This document shows, piece by piece, positions 12,001 to 23,578 of a DNA stretch of 64,000 nucleotides (position 1 is its first letter; each line of letters starts with the position of its first letter). The notes beneath the pieces were generated by a model, which did not search any database, was not told the DNA's origin, and saw nothing but the letters and a program-made list of their open reading frames with translations. Both the position numbers and the translations under genes were made by a program. Source of the stretch: Orbicella franksi (taxonomy: Eukaryota); NCBI GenBank assembly GCA_964199315.1, contig OZ116698.1, positions 13,082,001 through 13,146,000 of the forward strand, read 5' to 3'.

Positions 12001-14671
12001 TTTGGAACAGTACCTATATTGTACGCCATCACCCCTGAAGACATCATATACTGTACTTTACCTTTGTATCATACTGCTGGTGGAGGCATTGGAGTCGGGA
12101 CTTGTTTTCTCAGAGGAAACACTTTAATCTTGAGACGAAAGTTCTCTGCCAGCAAATTTTGGGAAGAATGTGCTGAGCATAAGGCAACGGTATGTGTGTA
12201 TATTAAATGCTGTAAATAGGTAAGAGTATTAAATTTATAATCCTGAGAAAGAAATCTAGACTTGTATCCACACAATACTTTTTGTAAGGTTGTGTTCTTT
12301 TGGAATCAATCCTTTTTAGGTTGGTTGGGTTGCGTTTTTTGTTTTCTTGTGTTCTTTTGGGAAAAAGAACATTATTGGTTGATCAACTTTTTCAACTGTC
12401 ATCAAACCAGGTTGAAATGGATAAAAAGTGTGTGAAGTGACCACTGTCATTTTCATCAGGGCTTTTGAATATCAAGCAGAGGCTCCAGCTGCTGGTGATG
12501 CTTGCTGTTAACAAAACAAAAATTTACCTTTGAAAATTTACAGAGGAATGCCTTGATTAATTTGAGATTGCGATGGTTGCTAAATGGCCTGGTCCAAGTT
12601 TTGCTTATACAATACCGTAGAATTCCGAATTAAGTAACAGCCCCTGTTACATCCAGATTTTGCTGGCAAAAGGGGCTGCTACGTTCAGGTAGCCGTTACT
12701 TCTGGGTAGCCGTTACTTCCGCGTAGCCATTACTTTTCGATGGTTAAAAATCGTTTGTACAGTGACCATTATTTCAGGCAAAGGGGATGCATATAAATAC
12801 ATGAAATTAAAAGTTCCATTTATGTGTGTTCTTAACTACCCACATAAACAAAGCAGACTGTTCTAATGAAAGTGGCCCCAAATGTTATTACTGTAGGGCG
12901 AAACTATTATGTCACATTATATTGCGGTACAACTGATTACACTACAGTGTATCATTTTACTCTGCTTTCAGACAAATACAGCTCAGAAATCATAGTGTCA
13001 AGAAAAATTCAGTTAAGTTTGGAATAAAATCACTAGTAACTCTTCAAGTTGTTTGGCCCTGCAGTCAGACTGCTCCATCCAGATTGTGCTTGAGAACAAA
13101 GAGTTTCTGTTTTAGTGACTTCTATGGATCGGCCGTTACTTTTAGGGGCACCATTACTTTCGGGGTTCATTAGAAAGGGAAAAAAATTAACATTACTTTC
13201 AGGGAGCCTTTATTTTGGGGGGGCCATTACTTTTGGAATTCTACAGTAATGTGCGAATCACTGGCATGATTCTCTATTTGTGGCCTATATGTTACTATTA
13301 ATATTGGATAAAAACCTCTAGATACTTGAAATATGACAGCAGTTCTTCTCTCACAGGTAGTTCAGTACATTGGAGAGCTCTGTCGTTATCTGTTGTCTCA
13401 GCCTCATTGCCCTGCTGAGAAACAACATTCAGTCCGTATTGCAATGGGAAATGGATTAAGACCACAAATATGGAATGACTTCCAATCACGCTTTGACATC
13501 AACAACATTGGAGAATTTTATGGCTCAACTGAAGGAAATGTAGCATTTTTCAACATAGACAACACCCCAGGTGCTTGTGGTTTTGTGTCAATTATCATAC
13601 CAAAGCTGCTTCCCTACTATTTTATCAGAGTCCACCCTGTGACTGGTGAGTTACTTCGAGATGAAAATGGACTGGCAATCCCAGCAAAAGCAGGCGAGCC
13701 TGGCCTTGTGGTTGGAAGGATTGCAAAAGGTAACAAAGCATCTCATGCTTGTGACATTATAAAATCAATAGAACATGATAACTGGACATACAAGCATATC
13801 AAAACTATTTTGTGTTTAACCGATAACTTTTCCCCTGTTACTCCCCCTGGATGAGATACATGTACTGTCTAATTCATTGCAAGTGCCTCCATCCCTTTAC
13901 ACATACTCCTAGGCAGAGAGATGCAAAATGGGAGTTAAGTGTTTTTCTCAAGAACACAACAGAGTGACCCCAGCCAGCACTCAAATGTGGAACACTGAAC
14001 CATTATAAGGCCACGTACCCCTTCTCTCAGGAAAGAATGGTATAAAGTGCTTTTCTGTATGAGGATATGACTTTTGTTCTGAATATTGTGCTCTCTCTTC
14101 CGTAGATAATAACTTTGATGGATATGTAAACAAAGAGGAAACATCAAAGAAAATTGGCCATGACATTTTCAAGAAAGGGGATTCATACTTCTTAACAGGT
14201 GACCTCCTCATCAAAGATGAATATGGTTATGTTTATTTTCATGATCGCATTGGAGACACATTCCGATGGCATGGAGAGAATGTGTCAACAGCTGAAGTGG
14301 AGGCAACTATGAGCAAGATTCTCGGCCTGCGAGATGTGGTTGTATATGGTGTCAAAGTTCCAGGCACTGAAGGAAGGGCTGGCATGGCAGCTATTGTTGA
14401 TCCAGACGACAAGGGTATTGATTTGACTCTGCTAGTCCAGGATTTGAAAAAGCTGTTGCCAAGTTATGCACATCCCATGTTCCTTAGAATAGTAGACAGT
14501 GTTAGTGTTACAGGAACGTTTAAGCTTCAGAAAACCAAATTGAGACAAGAAGGTTTTGATTTAGGAGCAGTGAAAGATAAACTGCTTTATTACGATGCTA
14601 AAGTTAGGCAGTATCTTGATCTAGATGAAGACAAGTATGCTAAAATCATCTGTGGGGAAATCAGAATGTAG
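9037..14671 (+). CDS. SLC27A4: Long-chain fatty acid transport protein / very-long-chain acyl-CoA synthetase (FATP1/FATP4-like), 640 aa, 7 exons
   Basis: Exons 9037-9200, 9692-10083, 10806-10964, 11556-11625, 11991-12189, 13357-13729 and 14106-14671 total 1923 nt in frame. Motifs: hydrophobic N-terminus (MAYTWAVIVAGISFLV...GGRSFPRVFFRTVLRDLR), AMP-binding YIYTSGTTGYPKG, LPLYHTAGG, QYIGELCRYL, EFYGSTEGN, and FATP signature GDLLIKDEYGYVYFHDRIGDTFRWHGENVSTAEVE. It is a co-ortholog of the vertebrate SLC27A1/A4 group, so the symbol is approximate. Confidence 0.92.
10511..10652. repeat. Palindromic MITE-like repeat in FATP intron 2
   Basis: AATTCAGGGAGTAATCAGGTGAGTAATTT is inverted to AAATTACTCACCTGATTCTTCCCTGAATT. 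Confidence 0.7.
12615..13246. mobile_element. Tc1/mariner-pogo-like MITE in FATP intron 5
   Basis: TA|CCGTAGAATTCC ... GGAATTCTACAG|TA, with repeated GCC(G/A)TTACTT subterminal motifs. Confidence 0.75.
13870..14020 (+). repeat. Degenerate SINE-like remnant in FATP intron 6
   Basis: GGCAGAGAGATGCAAAATGGGAGTTAAGTGTTTTTCTCAAGAACACAAC resembles a cnidarian SINE core as I recall it (GGAGAGAGGCACTGTGAGAGTAAAGTGTCTTGCCCAAGAACACAAC). Confidence 0.45.
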
Positions 14672-15906
14672 GGTTGGATTTACACTTCACATTGCTGTGT
14701 GCTTTGAGTAGTGAAATGGAATAATATGAACTGTATTGAAGAATAATTATTTAATCTCAAATACCTTTTGCTTTACTTTTAGATATAAGCCAAGTTTTTT
14801 CCGTCAGTTTTTAGCTCAAGCATGAAGGGTGTGGGTAATAAATCAAAAGGAAGAAATTAGCAGGGTTGACATTAAGTTTTGAGTCACCTGTAGCCGTGAT
14901 CTTCACACCTGTAACAAACTTGTTACCTTTTGAGTGAATTGTATCAACTGTAGGCAAGTTCAACTGTAGCATCAAAGGTCTATCAAACATGCTCAGCCGT
15001 AGCAGATGTTATGGGTTTAATGGCCCTTATTGACAGCCCTAATTAGGTTCCATATTTTACAGTACAGACCCAGAAAAACATTGTTCATTATATCTCTATG
15101 GAGAAAGGTCAACATTTAAATTGGAGTGGGCAGGAAGTGGCTAGCTCTGTACTGTGTTACAATGCAATGCAATATATACAAAACGCGAAGATTTATTGGG
15201 TTCCATGAGAGGTTAAAATTTGTCAATCACAGTCCACTTACAGTTACTATCAAAGAGAAATAGTAATGCTGGCAATAGAATTTTAGGTTTTAGTGTAAAT
15301 TTCAAACAATTTTTAAGCAGCCTTTACCAATTTATATTTGACAAAATGCAAAACATTTTTTCCTTCTTATTCTTTTATTCGTACTTAATTTTGCAATGTT
15401 TGCTAGGCAATTGATATTTTGCAAGGGTTTACTTTCGCAATTTCAAGAAGACAAAATGGAAAAAAAGAGCGTTGAATTTTGTGAAAGTAAGTTGACAAAG
15501 GTTTCATTTTTATAAATTCTACAGAAGAAATGCATCATCAAAATACAGTTCCATATATCAGGAACTTGTAAACCAGATCAAAAGCAATCAGTCATTTGCT
15601 TGCACAAAAGGTTTTGCAGAATTTAGCATCATCCAGATTCTGGGGTAGTTTCATTTCTCCACTCACACCATTAGCTACGCCAGCTTTCTCCCTTCCTTTG
15701 GAAAAATAGTGCTTGCTTTCACATAGTCAGATTGTTATACAAGCTAACAAGCCAAGTTACAGGCTTTAAGTCAATGTCAATGTGATCTTAGCGACACCTG
15801 AATCTCTCTGGCTTTGAACTTGGGCTGAATACCAGTTTGAGAAGTGATTTTTCTTGAATTTCTTTGCCTCTCTGTTACAGTGGGTTTACTGAAACTGGGG
15901 CCTGAC

Positions 15907-16893
15907 CCAGACAATGAAACTCAATCAGATGGCAGAACTAAAACATTAGATTCCAACATTTTCGAATCCAGCCAATCAAATGTCTGGTCAAAACAATGAA
16001 ATCTCAACTTGTTCGTTGTGATGCTTACGCGACTACGGTTTCGCTTATCAAAATTGTCAAGCTCGAACCGTTTAAGTACTTTCGCATTCTTGAATTGAAT
16101 TAAATGCTGCACTTTCTATGGGGTAGTTGGTTGGTTTAGAAAATACATGAATAGAAAAGCTTGTAAGAGTGTCACTTGTAAATATATATTGCCAGAGTGT
16201 GTGGTGTAGGGTTCAAATGTCATGGCTGTTTAAAAGAAACCCTTCATGATCAAATGGTCTCTGAGTAGGGAAGGCTCTTATGGCACCATCTCTCATTTTT
16301 GCCTGAGTGATTTTACACACTGAGGTTTTGATAGTACAACAAGGAAAAAACTCATTTTATTTCGATGAAGATGTTATTTCAATGCACTGATAACCCAGAA
16401 ACGGAGTTCAAACTCCGAAATGTACAGCTGCTGAATCAGTGAAGGTGATAGTTTTTTCAAGAAAGTACAAGGTGGATTTCATGGTCGGCTGCATTAATGA
16501 CAAACGAAAGCTGTGTAAAAACAGAAACACACACAGACAACGGGGATGAAATTTATTTTGTAAAAAAGTGTCAAAATCTATCATTCTACGATTTTAAGCA
16601 ACAACTGAAAAGATATTTTGTGTGGCTGTATGTTCACAGTGGAAAACGGTCAATCTAATGAGTTTATCACGCTCATGTCAAATGTAAAAATCTAAAGTAG
16701 AGTAACAATATTTTCTAATACGAAAGTTCCAACGGTTTGAGCTGGTATTAATTAACAGACACCATGGTTACGAGCATCGCAACAAACAAGTTGATATTTC
16801 ATCGTTTTGTACCAGAAATTTGATTGGCTGGATTTGAAAATATTGGAATCTATTGTTTCAGTTCTGCCATCTGATTGGTTTTCATTGTCTAGG
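15907..16893. mobile_element. Foldback element with about 175-bp imperfect TIRs
   Basis: 15907-16090 is the reverse complement of 16715-16893 (AGACAATGAAA..CAATCAGATGGCAGAACT..ATCCAGCCAATCAAAT). TGAC lies on both flanks (15903-15906, 16894-16897). Confidence 0.7.
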
Positions 16894-17389
16894 TGACCCT
16901 GGTTTCAGTAAACACATAGTAACAGTGAAGAATGTGAATGTGAGGTAGAAGAAGAAAGCTAGGCAAACAGCTGAAGTGAAACTTTTACATTTGATTTTAC
17001 ATGTCCTATTGATGTAAATATATTATGGTGGTATTGCATGTAAATTTTGGAAGGGTTTTTTTCACAAGTTTAAAGAGAGATTGGAGATAGGGACAGGTGA
17101 AAAGAAGTATGAATAAAATATTTCATATGTTAACAAAAGCAGTGTTTCAGTAATAAGAAGTTTAAGGGCAGTCCTTGAAATATTTCTTTTTTCTTCTATA
17201 TGTATAAACTAATTTTACTGCAGCTATTTCTCTGCTGTAGCAATTAAGTGTGAAGCAGAAAATTATGAATACCATACACTATCAATTACATGATTACATT
17301 ACATGCAGAGGAAATCCCTTTCCTTATGCACTTCATTTTGGGTATTCTACAATAATATCGTTCAGTCCCTCTTCCCCTAGCTCTATGAG

Positions 17390-17638
17390 GAGGGTGGTAA
17401 AGGGTATTTTCGTGACCCGTGATCGGCCCTTTTTATTTCCTGTGAAATGTGAAATAGCCATTTTTTTCCTCGTGAATCATGATTTCCATAGTCACCGTGA
17501 ACCGTGATTTTCCAAAACGTTCTCTTTTATTTTCCGTGAAGCGTGAAATGCCAATGTTGTATTTTTCGTGAATTGTGAAAGGGCTGCTTTATTTTCCGTG
17601 AAACATGATCTATACCCCCCCCCCCCTTTACCACCCTT
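17390..17638. mobile_element. MITE with (G/A)AGGGTGGTAAA TIRs, 6-bp TSD and internal CGTGAA/GTGA motif array
   Basis: TATGAG is duplicated at 17384-17389 and 17639-17644. About ten CGTGA/TGTGA motifs occur in direct orientation inside. Confidence 0.7.
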
Positions 17639-18736
17639 TATGAGCAAGGAGCAAACAAAATGAAGATGAAAAACTGGCAGCACAAAAATTGGAGCTAGCC
17701 ATTTTTCCAAATACATATCACATTTTTTCTCATTTATTGCCCAAAGAACTGCATGAAGAAAGAGGTACTACTCATAGACTAGGATTTTGGGGTCTGAACG
17801 AGAGCACTTCAAAAGGATTATGTTGTGTTTCCAATTCTTATAATGCAATGGGAAAATATTACAAGCACTCAAGTGCTCTGAAAATAGCCCTTTTTACTGT
17901 TAACTTTTCTTATTTGCATTACATGGATGCGAGGCAATTTCGGACTGAAACTACAAAATAGCCCAAAATTGCCTCTCATACACGCTAGATTATATTGCTA
18001 TGCTAATGAGAAAAGTTAACCATGAAAAGGACTATAACATCACTCCAGTATGGCATCATGAGGATCTGCCTTGCTGCTTAGCAACTTGTAGTGTCTGTTT
18101 TGATAATAGCATTTTTGCTTTATTTATTTATTTATTTATTCATATTCTCGGAATCGAACTGGAACTAGGTTGCAGTGGAAGCTCATGCAGGGAATATCAT
18201 TAAAAAGAGAAAAATGTCATTTGCATTTGAGAATACTCCCTGCATTAGCCTCAGTCGCAAGCTAGTTCCAGTCCAAGACCGAGAATACAAATATGGTCTA
18301 TTTGCATTTTTCTGCAATAAAAGATAAGGAAAAGATTGACTGATATTGTTAGAACTAAAACAACCCATAATTTTCTCTTTGGAAGAAAATACAACGTACA
18401 TTCGCAAAAATATATACATCACTTTGCTTTTAATATAGCACTCTCCACATAAACTAGTTCAAGTTCAATAGGGGTAAAGATTAATGAATGATTATCATAT
18501 TTCCAAAAAAATTGCATTATTATCCTCTTCCGATCGGTATCAATAATTTATGAGCATAAATTATCTCCAACCCAATCAGAAATCTCAAATTTCCAATTTT
18601 TACCATATATGGAAGTCAATTGTCTACTCTTTTACCTAATTTGGTCATAATGTTCATATAAGGAAAGCACTACCTTCATTTGATTTCCCCACTGACCGGA
18701 GCAGGCGGCCATGACACCGCGTATACTGGATCTGGA

Positions 18737-21343
18737 ATGGCTGAGGGATCGAACTGTAGACGAAGTGAACCGATCGTAATTATTTCCAGCGACGAGGATG
18801 ACGAAGAAGACGTGCAAGATCTTTTTAACGCATTTGTTTCTCAAGTTGAACGATACGTCGAACAAAATGGCGTGGTGCTCTTGCTGAAACTGAAGTTCGC
18901 GGAAGCTCGTCCAGAGTTCGTGTCATCCGCGAAATTCAGGAGCGCGTTAAAATGGCGGACGACACAAATGAACAAGGCGAATGGATATATTTACACTGGA
19001 GAAATTTGTAAGCTTCTTGATTCAAGGACGCATGATTCAAAAGCGAAATTGAAGGGAGTGAAAGAAGAGGTTGATCGCGACTATTCCGCGGGAAATGAAA
19101 ATGTCATGATTCCCTCGTCTCGCGCGGAGCCAGATGTAAACAAAACCATTATCCATGTGACGATCGACAACTGCGACGAATGCGATTCGAAAACTGTTAT
19201 CAAAGGAATGCCAGCCGAGTTCACTAATCCTCGACCGAGTACAAGCACAGCGAAACCTACCACAAGTTTGGGAGTTAACGGTGAGATTAAAAAGAAAAGA
19301 AAACTCTACGCAGCAACAGCTACAACCAAGTCAAGTCCAGAGAAAAAACTCCTCACTCCTCGAAAGCGAAAACAGCTTGTGGAAAAATTAAAACTAAAGC
19401 TGGATTACCTGGGCGATCAGATAAAGATTTTGAGTCGAGCGGAGCTGAGCTTGGAAGAAATGGACATGAGTGAGAGCACTTACATTCAAGAATGCCGGAT
19501 GAAGGAACGGTTTAATCGAATCTACAATAAGATTTGTAAATTGCAGGGACATCCCCCAGTCACAGGGAGAGTCACTGAGAGAGAAGTCAAGTGCCCCACC
19601 ACAAGAGTACCAGAAATTGACCGAGCAATCAACAAGTTCTTGAAGGAAAAAAAGAGTCGCTTTCCAGATATATTTGACATCAGAAATGTGGTGTTCGAAG
19701 CAAACAAGCAACATGGCTTGAAGCTGCCAGTTCAAGCCCTAAATGAGATAAGTGATGAAGTCTTTATGTGTGTCGGTAACAAGTTACAGAAAAGACGAAA
19801 GAGAGATTTTGAGAACAATTTTGGATGTTCTCTCACAGATGACTATCAACCCAGCAACGACCCTGCCATAGCTGATCTTGCCCTTCGCAAAAAATTAGAA
19901 GAGAATAAGAGGATAAGCAAAAGAAATTTAGATGACATCTTCAACAAATTTGCTCACTATGGACGCATGGCAGCTTATGATGACAGCAGCAGCTCAAGTG
20001 ACAGTGATTCAGAGAATTCAAAGCCACAAAATGGGCATGTGAAAAGTGCAATGAAAAGGAAATTTTCTCACATTTCTGTGTCACAGTCATCAGATTCCAG
20101 TGAACACGAATGTAATGACTTTGGCTTAGAAGAAGAGATTAATGATGATAACGATCCCATTAGAAGCAAGGAACTGTATGATGATGGATTGACAACACAA
20201 AAACATTTTGAGGGAAAATCAAAGAAGAAACGCTTAACTCTGAAATTCTCAGATACTAGTGAAAATGATTTGGAGGATTTTGCCATTAAGACTCCACGAC
20301 AAGTGATTGAAAGAAAGGAAAACATGGACAATGATACTACATGTGATACAAAAAACAATACTACTCTGCCTTCAAAAGAGACAAGTCTAAGTGTTGCTGA
20401 ACTACCAAATTGTATTTTGTCTGAATGTGATGATAGTTCTGTGGAACACACAGCTGTTGTGGAACTAGATTGTACTCTTCAGCACACTGAAATTGAAACT
20501 GCAAAGGAAGCTAAAAGCAGTGGGATTGATGAGGTAGCAAGTGCATTAGAAGATCATGAAATCACACCTGTGGAGGATATCTCACCCAGTGATGTAGTGT
20601 CCAGCAGTCAGTGGGGCAGTGAAGCTTGGACAGATTCAAATGTTTCAACCCTTGGTAAAGATGATTTAGCAAGTCAATCTTCCAAACTTTGTACTCCATC
20701 TCTACAATCACAATCCATTCCAAGTGATCATGTTATAAGCATTAAAAATTCTGATGTTAAGCCTGGAGTTTTGAGTGATTCTTCTAATGTTATTGACAGT
20801 CAAGTTGTAGCTGAAAAGACTCCAAAAGAAAATGGAAGACGAAAGACCTTGCCAAGTTGCATTTCATCAATGAATTATGTTGATAAAAACTTATCGTCAT
20901 CTATTTCCATCCCTTTAACTCCTGTGTCTTTAAAAGATCAGAAGGCACTTTTTCGTCTCAGTACCAGGAAAAGGAAAGCAGAAAACAGATCACTTGAATA
21001 TGAATCTCCCCTCAAAATACTCCGTGAAGCAAGACTGGAAATAATAGAAAAGGAACAAGAAGCCTCTCTTAACCGGACCGAGCCCACAAAGCAGAAATCT
21101 AGTTGCAAGAGAAGAATAACCCTACCAGTAAGTGAAAATGATCTATCATCTGCTGCTGTTTCAGACAGTCCTCCAGTGCAAGCTACAACCAATTATCAAT
21201 CTACTGTGGAAAAGAGTGAATCAAGAAGACTGGCATTATCTCTGAACAAGAGTGGAAGAAATTCACCCAGTAGTAAACAGAAAGTTGTTGTTGAAAGGAC
21301 ATTAGATGTTATCGTTCTTTCAGATGATGACAGTGACAGTTGA
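18737..21343 (+). CDS. DAXX: Death domain-associated protein 6 (H3.3 chaperone), 868 aa, single coding exon
   Basis: Uninterrupted ORF, first ATG at 18737 (the track start at 18680 is TTG). N-terminal SIM PIVIISSDEDDEE; DAXX helical bundle (LFNAFVSQV...FVSSAKFRSAL...YIYTGEICKLL); histone-binding domain (LSRAELSLEEMDMSESTYIQECRMKERF...GRV...PEIDRAI...FPDIFDI...VGNKLQKRRKRDF...DPA..D..L.KKLEEN); C-terminal SIM DVIVLSDDDSDS. Confidence 0.93.
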   Translation: MAEGSNCRRSEPIVIISSDEDDEEDVQDLFNAFVSQVERYVEQNGVVLLLKLKFAEARPEFVSSAKFRSALKWRTTQMNKANGYIYTGEICKLLDSRTHDSKAKLKGVKEEVDRDYSAGNENVMIPSSRAEPDVNKTIIHVTIDNCDECDSKTVIKGMPAEFTNPRPSTSTAKPTTSLGVNGEIKKKRKLYAATATTKSSPEKKLLTPRKRKQLVEKLKLKLDYLGDQIKILSRAELSLEEMDMSESTYIQECRMKERFNRIYNKICKLQGHPPVTGRVTEREVKCPTTRVPEIDRAINKFLKEKKSRFPDIFDIRNVVFEANKQHGLKLPVQALNEISDEVFMCVGNKLQKRRKRDFENNFGCSLTDDYQPSNDPAIADLALRKKLEENKRISKRNLDDIFNKFAHYGRMAAYDDSSSSSDSDSENSKPQNGHVKSAMKRKFSHISVSQSSDSSEHECNDFGLEEEINDDNDPIRSKELYDDGLTTQKHFEGKSKKKRLTLKFSDTSENDLEDFAIKTPRQVIERKENMDNDTTCDTKNNTTLPSKETSLSVAELPNCILSECDDSSVEHTAVVELDCTLQHTEIETAKEAKSSGIDEVASALEDHEITPVEDISPSDVVSSSQWGSEAWTDSNVSTLGKDDLASQSSKLCTPSLQSQSIPSDHVISIKNSDVKPGVLSDSSNVIDSQVVAEKTPKENGRRKTLPSCISSMNYVDKNLSSSISIPLTPVSLKDQKALFRLSTRKRKAENRSLEYESPLKILREARLEIIEKEQEASLNRTEPTKQKSSCKRRITLPVSENDLSSAAVSDSPPVQATTNYQSTVEKSESRRLALSLNKSGRNSPSSKQKVVVERTLDVIVLSDDDSDS

Positions 21344-21539
21344 TTAGTTAAGTTTCTGTTTGTTTGTTCTGCATGAATGTTTTTTGAGAGGTTGTAAGTA
21401 AATCATTTTATTTCACAGGTTTATTGTCTTGGTATACTTACAGCTGTGACTTGATAGGCCATTTTTCCAATTGCCTATATTAAATGAGTCTGGTGTTCAT
21501 TCCTCCCTGATCAAAGGAGGGCAAATCATTATTACTGTG

Positions 21540-21769
21540 CAACTACTCCAACCAAGGCCAATTGACAAAATTTTTCCACAAATATAACGAGTTAAAATCT
21601 TGTCGGTTAACAATAGTTTTCCAACAAATTATTTTGTAATCAAGTGGTATGTTACAAAGGCAACAGATTTTTCGTCATTTTGGATAATTTGTTGGAAAAG
21701 AACCTCCAGGATTTTAACTCGTTAAATTTGTGGAAGACTTTGTCTGATGGCCTTGGTTTAGAGTAGTTG
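21540..21769. repeat. Palindromic MITE-like repeat just downstream of DAXX
   Basis: CAACTACTC..ACCAAGGCCA..TTCCACAAAT(A/T)TAACGAGTTAAAATC and its inverted copy. Confidence 0.7.
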
Positions 21770-22123
21770 AACTGTGCAGTGCCATAGCAAGAGGAAAAAA
21801 CAGGAGGGGCACGGAATTGAGTGCGGAAGGCACAAGCTGCCAGGGGGTGTCTGAGGGCATGCCCCCCCCAGAAAATTTTGAATTCTAGAGGTTCAGAAAT
21901 GCTATTTCCAGCATTCTCTAAGAGCCATTTGTAATGTTATCGCAAATTTCTTCCTGCAGATTGAAAAAAGTATAACACTAGCAACGTCAATTACAAAATA
22001 ACAAAACTGACTGTCTCTCAAGCAAGTGTTTTACCTGTCAGAGACTCGGAGTCGGGTATTAGTTCATAATTAAACTGTCTGAGTTGGCTTAGAGGCAAGT
22101 GCAGACTTCATCAGCATGTTGTT

Positions 22124-22420
22124 TTATGAAAACTTTCTGAACAAGTGCTTGTGCTGCTGGTTGACCTGCTTGTTCCCCACAAACATATTGGCGACCTTCA
22201 CCATGTCATACCATCTGCCAATTCCTTCTGGCCATGCAGAAGCATGAGGTGGTTGAGCCTGGCTTCTCCCATGGGCAGAGAAGGAACGCTCGCTCATGGC
22301 ATTGGTAGCCAGCATGACAAGCATAAGCTTAGCAAGGGTACAAATCTAACTCAGTAAGAGTTAACGAGCATTTCCGAGTGACTGAAGAAAGTCCAGCAGA
22401 TCAGCGATGTCGAATCTGGA
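22124..22420 (-). pseudogene. Decayed hAT transposase C-terminal dimerization domain
   Basis: Reads LLDFLQSL..*..*ICTLAKLMLVMLATNAMSERSFSA, then after a deletion/frameshift MGEARLNHLMLLH...VANMFV...KHLFRKFS. This is the hAT TxxxSERSFS...RLNHLMxLH motif. A CAGG-type terminus lies near 22660. Confidence 0.78.
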
Positions 22421-23432
22421 GGTTTCATACCCCATTACCTGCACCATTTCTGGAAGCAGGGGCAGCTGGGGTTCTAGCTCGTACTGCTGCAAGTCAGTAT
22501 CCCCAGACACTGGTTATTCAGCAGGAAGTTGTAATACGACTAGGAGATGAGATTTTATTTTCATTATTTTATACATGTCTGTTTTTACTTTTGGGGTATA
22601 ACAAAACTGGTTGGGGGGGGGGGGCTGGTGGCCCCCTGGCCCCTCTCCTTACTAGGGTCCTGAGTGTAATGATATACAGTTCAAGCAGTAACAATCTCAT
22701 GAAGTGAACCAATTACACCTGTTAGTCAACTCTAGCTGGTCCAAAAGGTTTTTTTTCCTTGCAAGCTCACACAAGTGAGCTCACAGTGCAAGAGCATTCC
22801 TGAGGCTGCTAAAAACATCTCTGGACTTCTTGGAAAGATGTTCCATAGTCCCTTCCACATGCAATGGTCTTGTTTATGCATATAAGCAAGCATAGGGCAA
22901 TTGTTTGGGAGTGTCCTTTTCATTCATTTTTTGCATTTGCACCTATGAGATATGAAACTATAACTGGATCTTAAGAGAAATGGGAACCTGCAACCAAACA
23001 CTAGTTTTATTGTGGGAAGTGTGGATATTTTTAAGCCCACTGAAATGGGTGTAAGTATTCTGAGGGTTGCCAGGCCCATATGCAATATTGCTAATCCTGA
23101 AAACGAAATCTAGCAATTCTTTGTCTCCATGATTATGTGTATAGCAGGCTGAATGCAATAATGTTATAATTACTATTTTTTTCATTATTACAAGGCAATC
23201 TTTGAAAATTTATATTTTTAGTATATTTTGAGATTCCTAAAAATAAATGTTTCCCCTTTCTGGAAAGATGATGTAATATTATATCGAGACAATATCTGGC
23301 ATAAACATGATTTTATTATAAATTGTAACATTTTGTTTGTATAGCACACTAATAATATCTGTTTTAGATCAACTTATGTTGATGCAGTTATGAGTTCACA
23401 CAACACTTTGGGGGATTTCCTTATTTCATAAG

Positions 23433-23578
23433 TAGACCTTTCCCGCATTCCAACAAACAATAGTGCCAAGTCAAGGTCAGGGTGGACAAAAATACAGTAA
23501 ATGTATGAAAATTTCCACCCCAACCTCACTCTGGTGCTATTGTTTGTGCACACTGAAGTGGAATGTGGGAAAGGTCTA
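23433..23578. mobile_element. Short MITE with TAG termini and 4-bp TSD (Academ-like)
   Basis: TAAG|TAGACCTTTCCC(G/A)CATTCCA ... TGGAATGTGGGAAAGGTCTA|TAAG. Confidence 0.75.

Noticed and set aside
19081-21192. Minus-strand ORFs overlapping DAXX, and similar shadow ORFs on WDR47, the KIAA1614-like gene and the transposase
   Set aside because: These are antisense or alternate-frame shadows of real coding sequence with no independent features.
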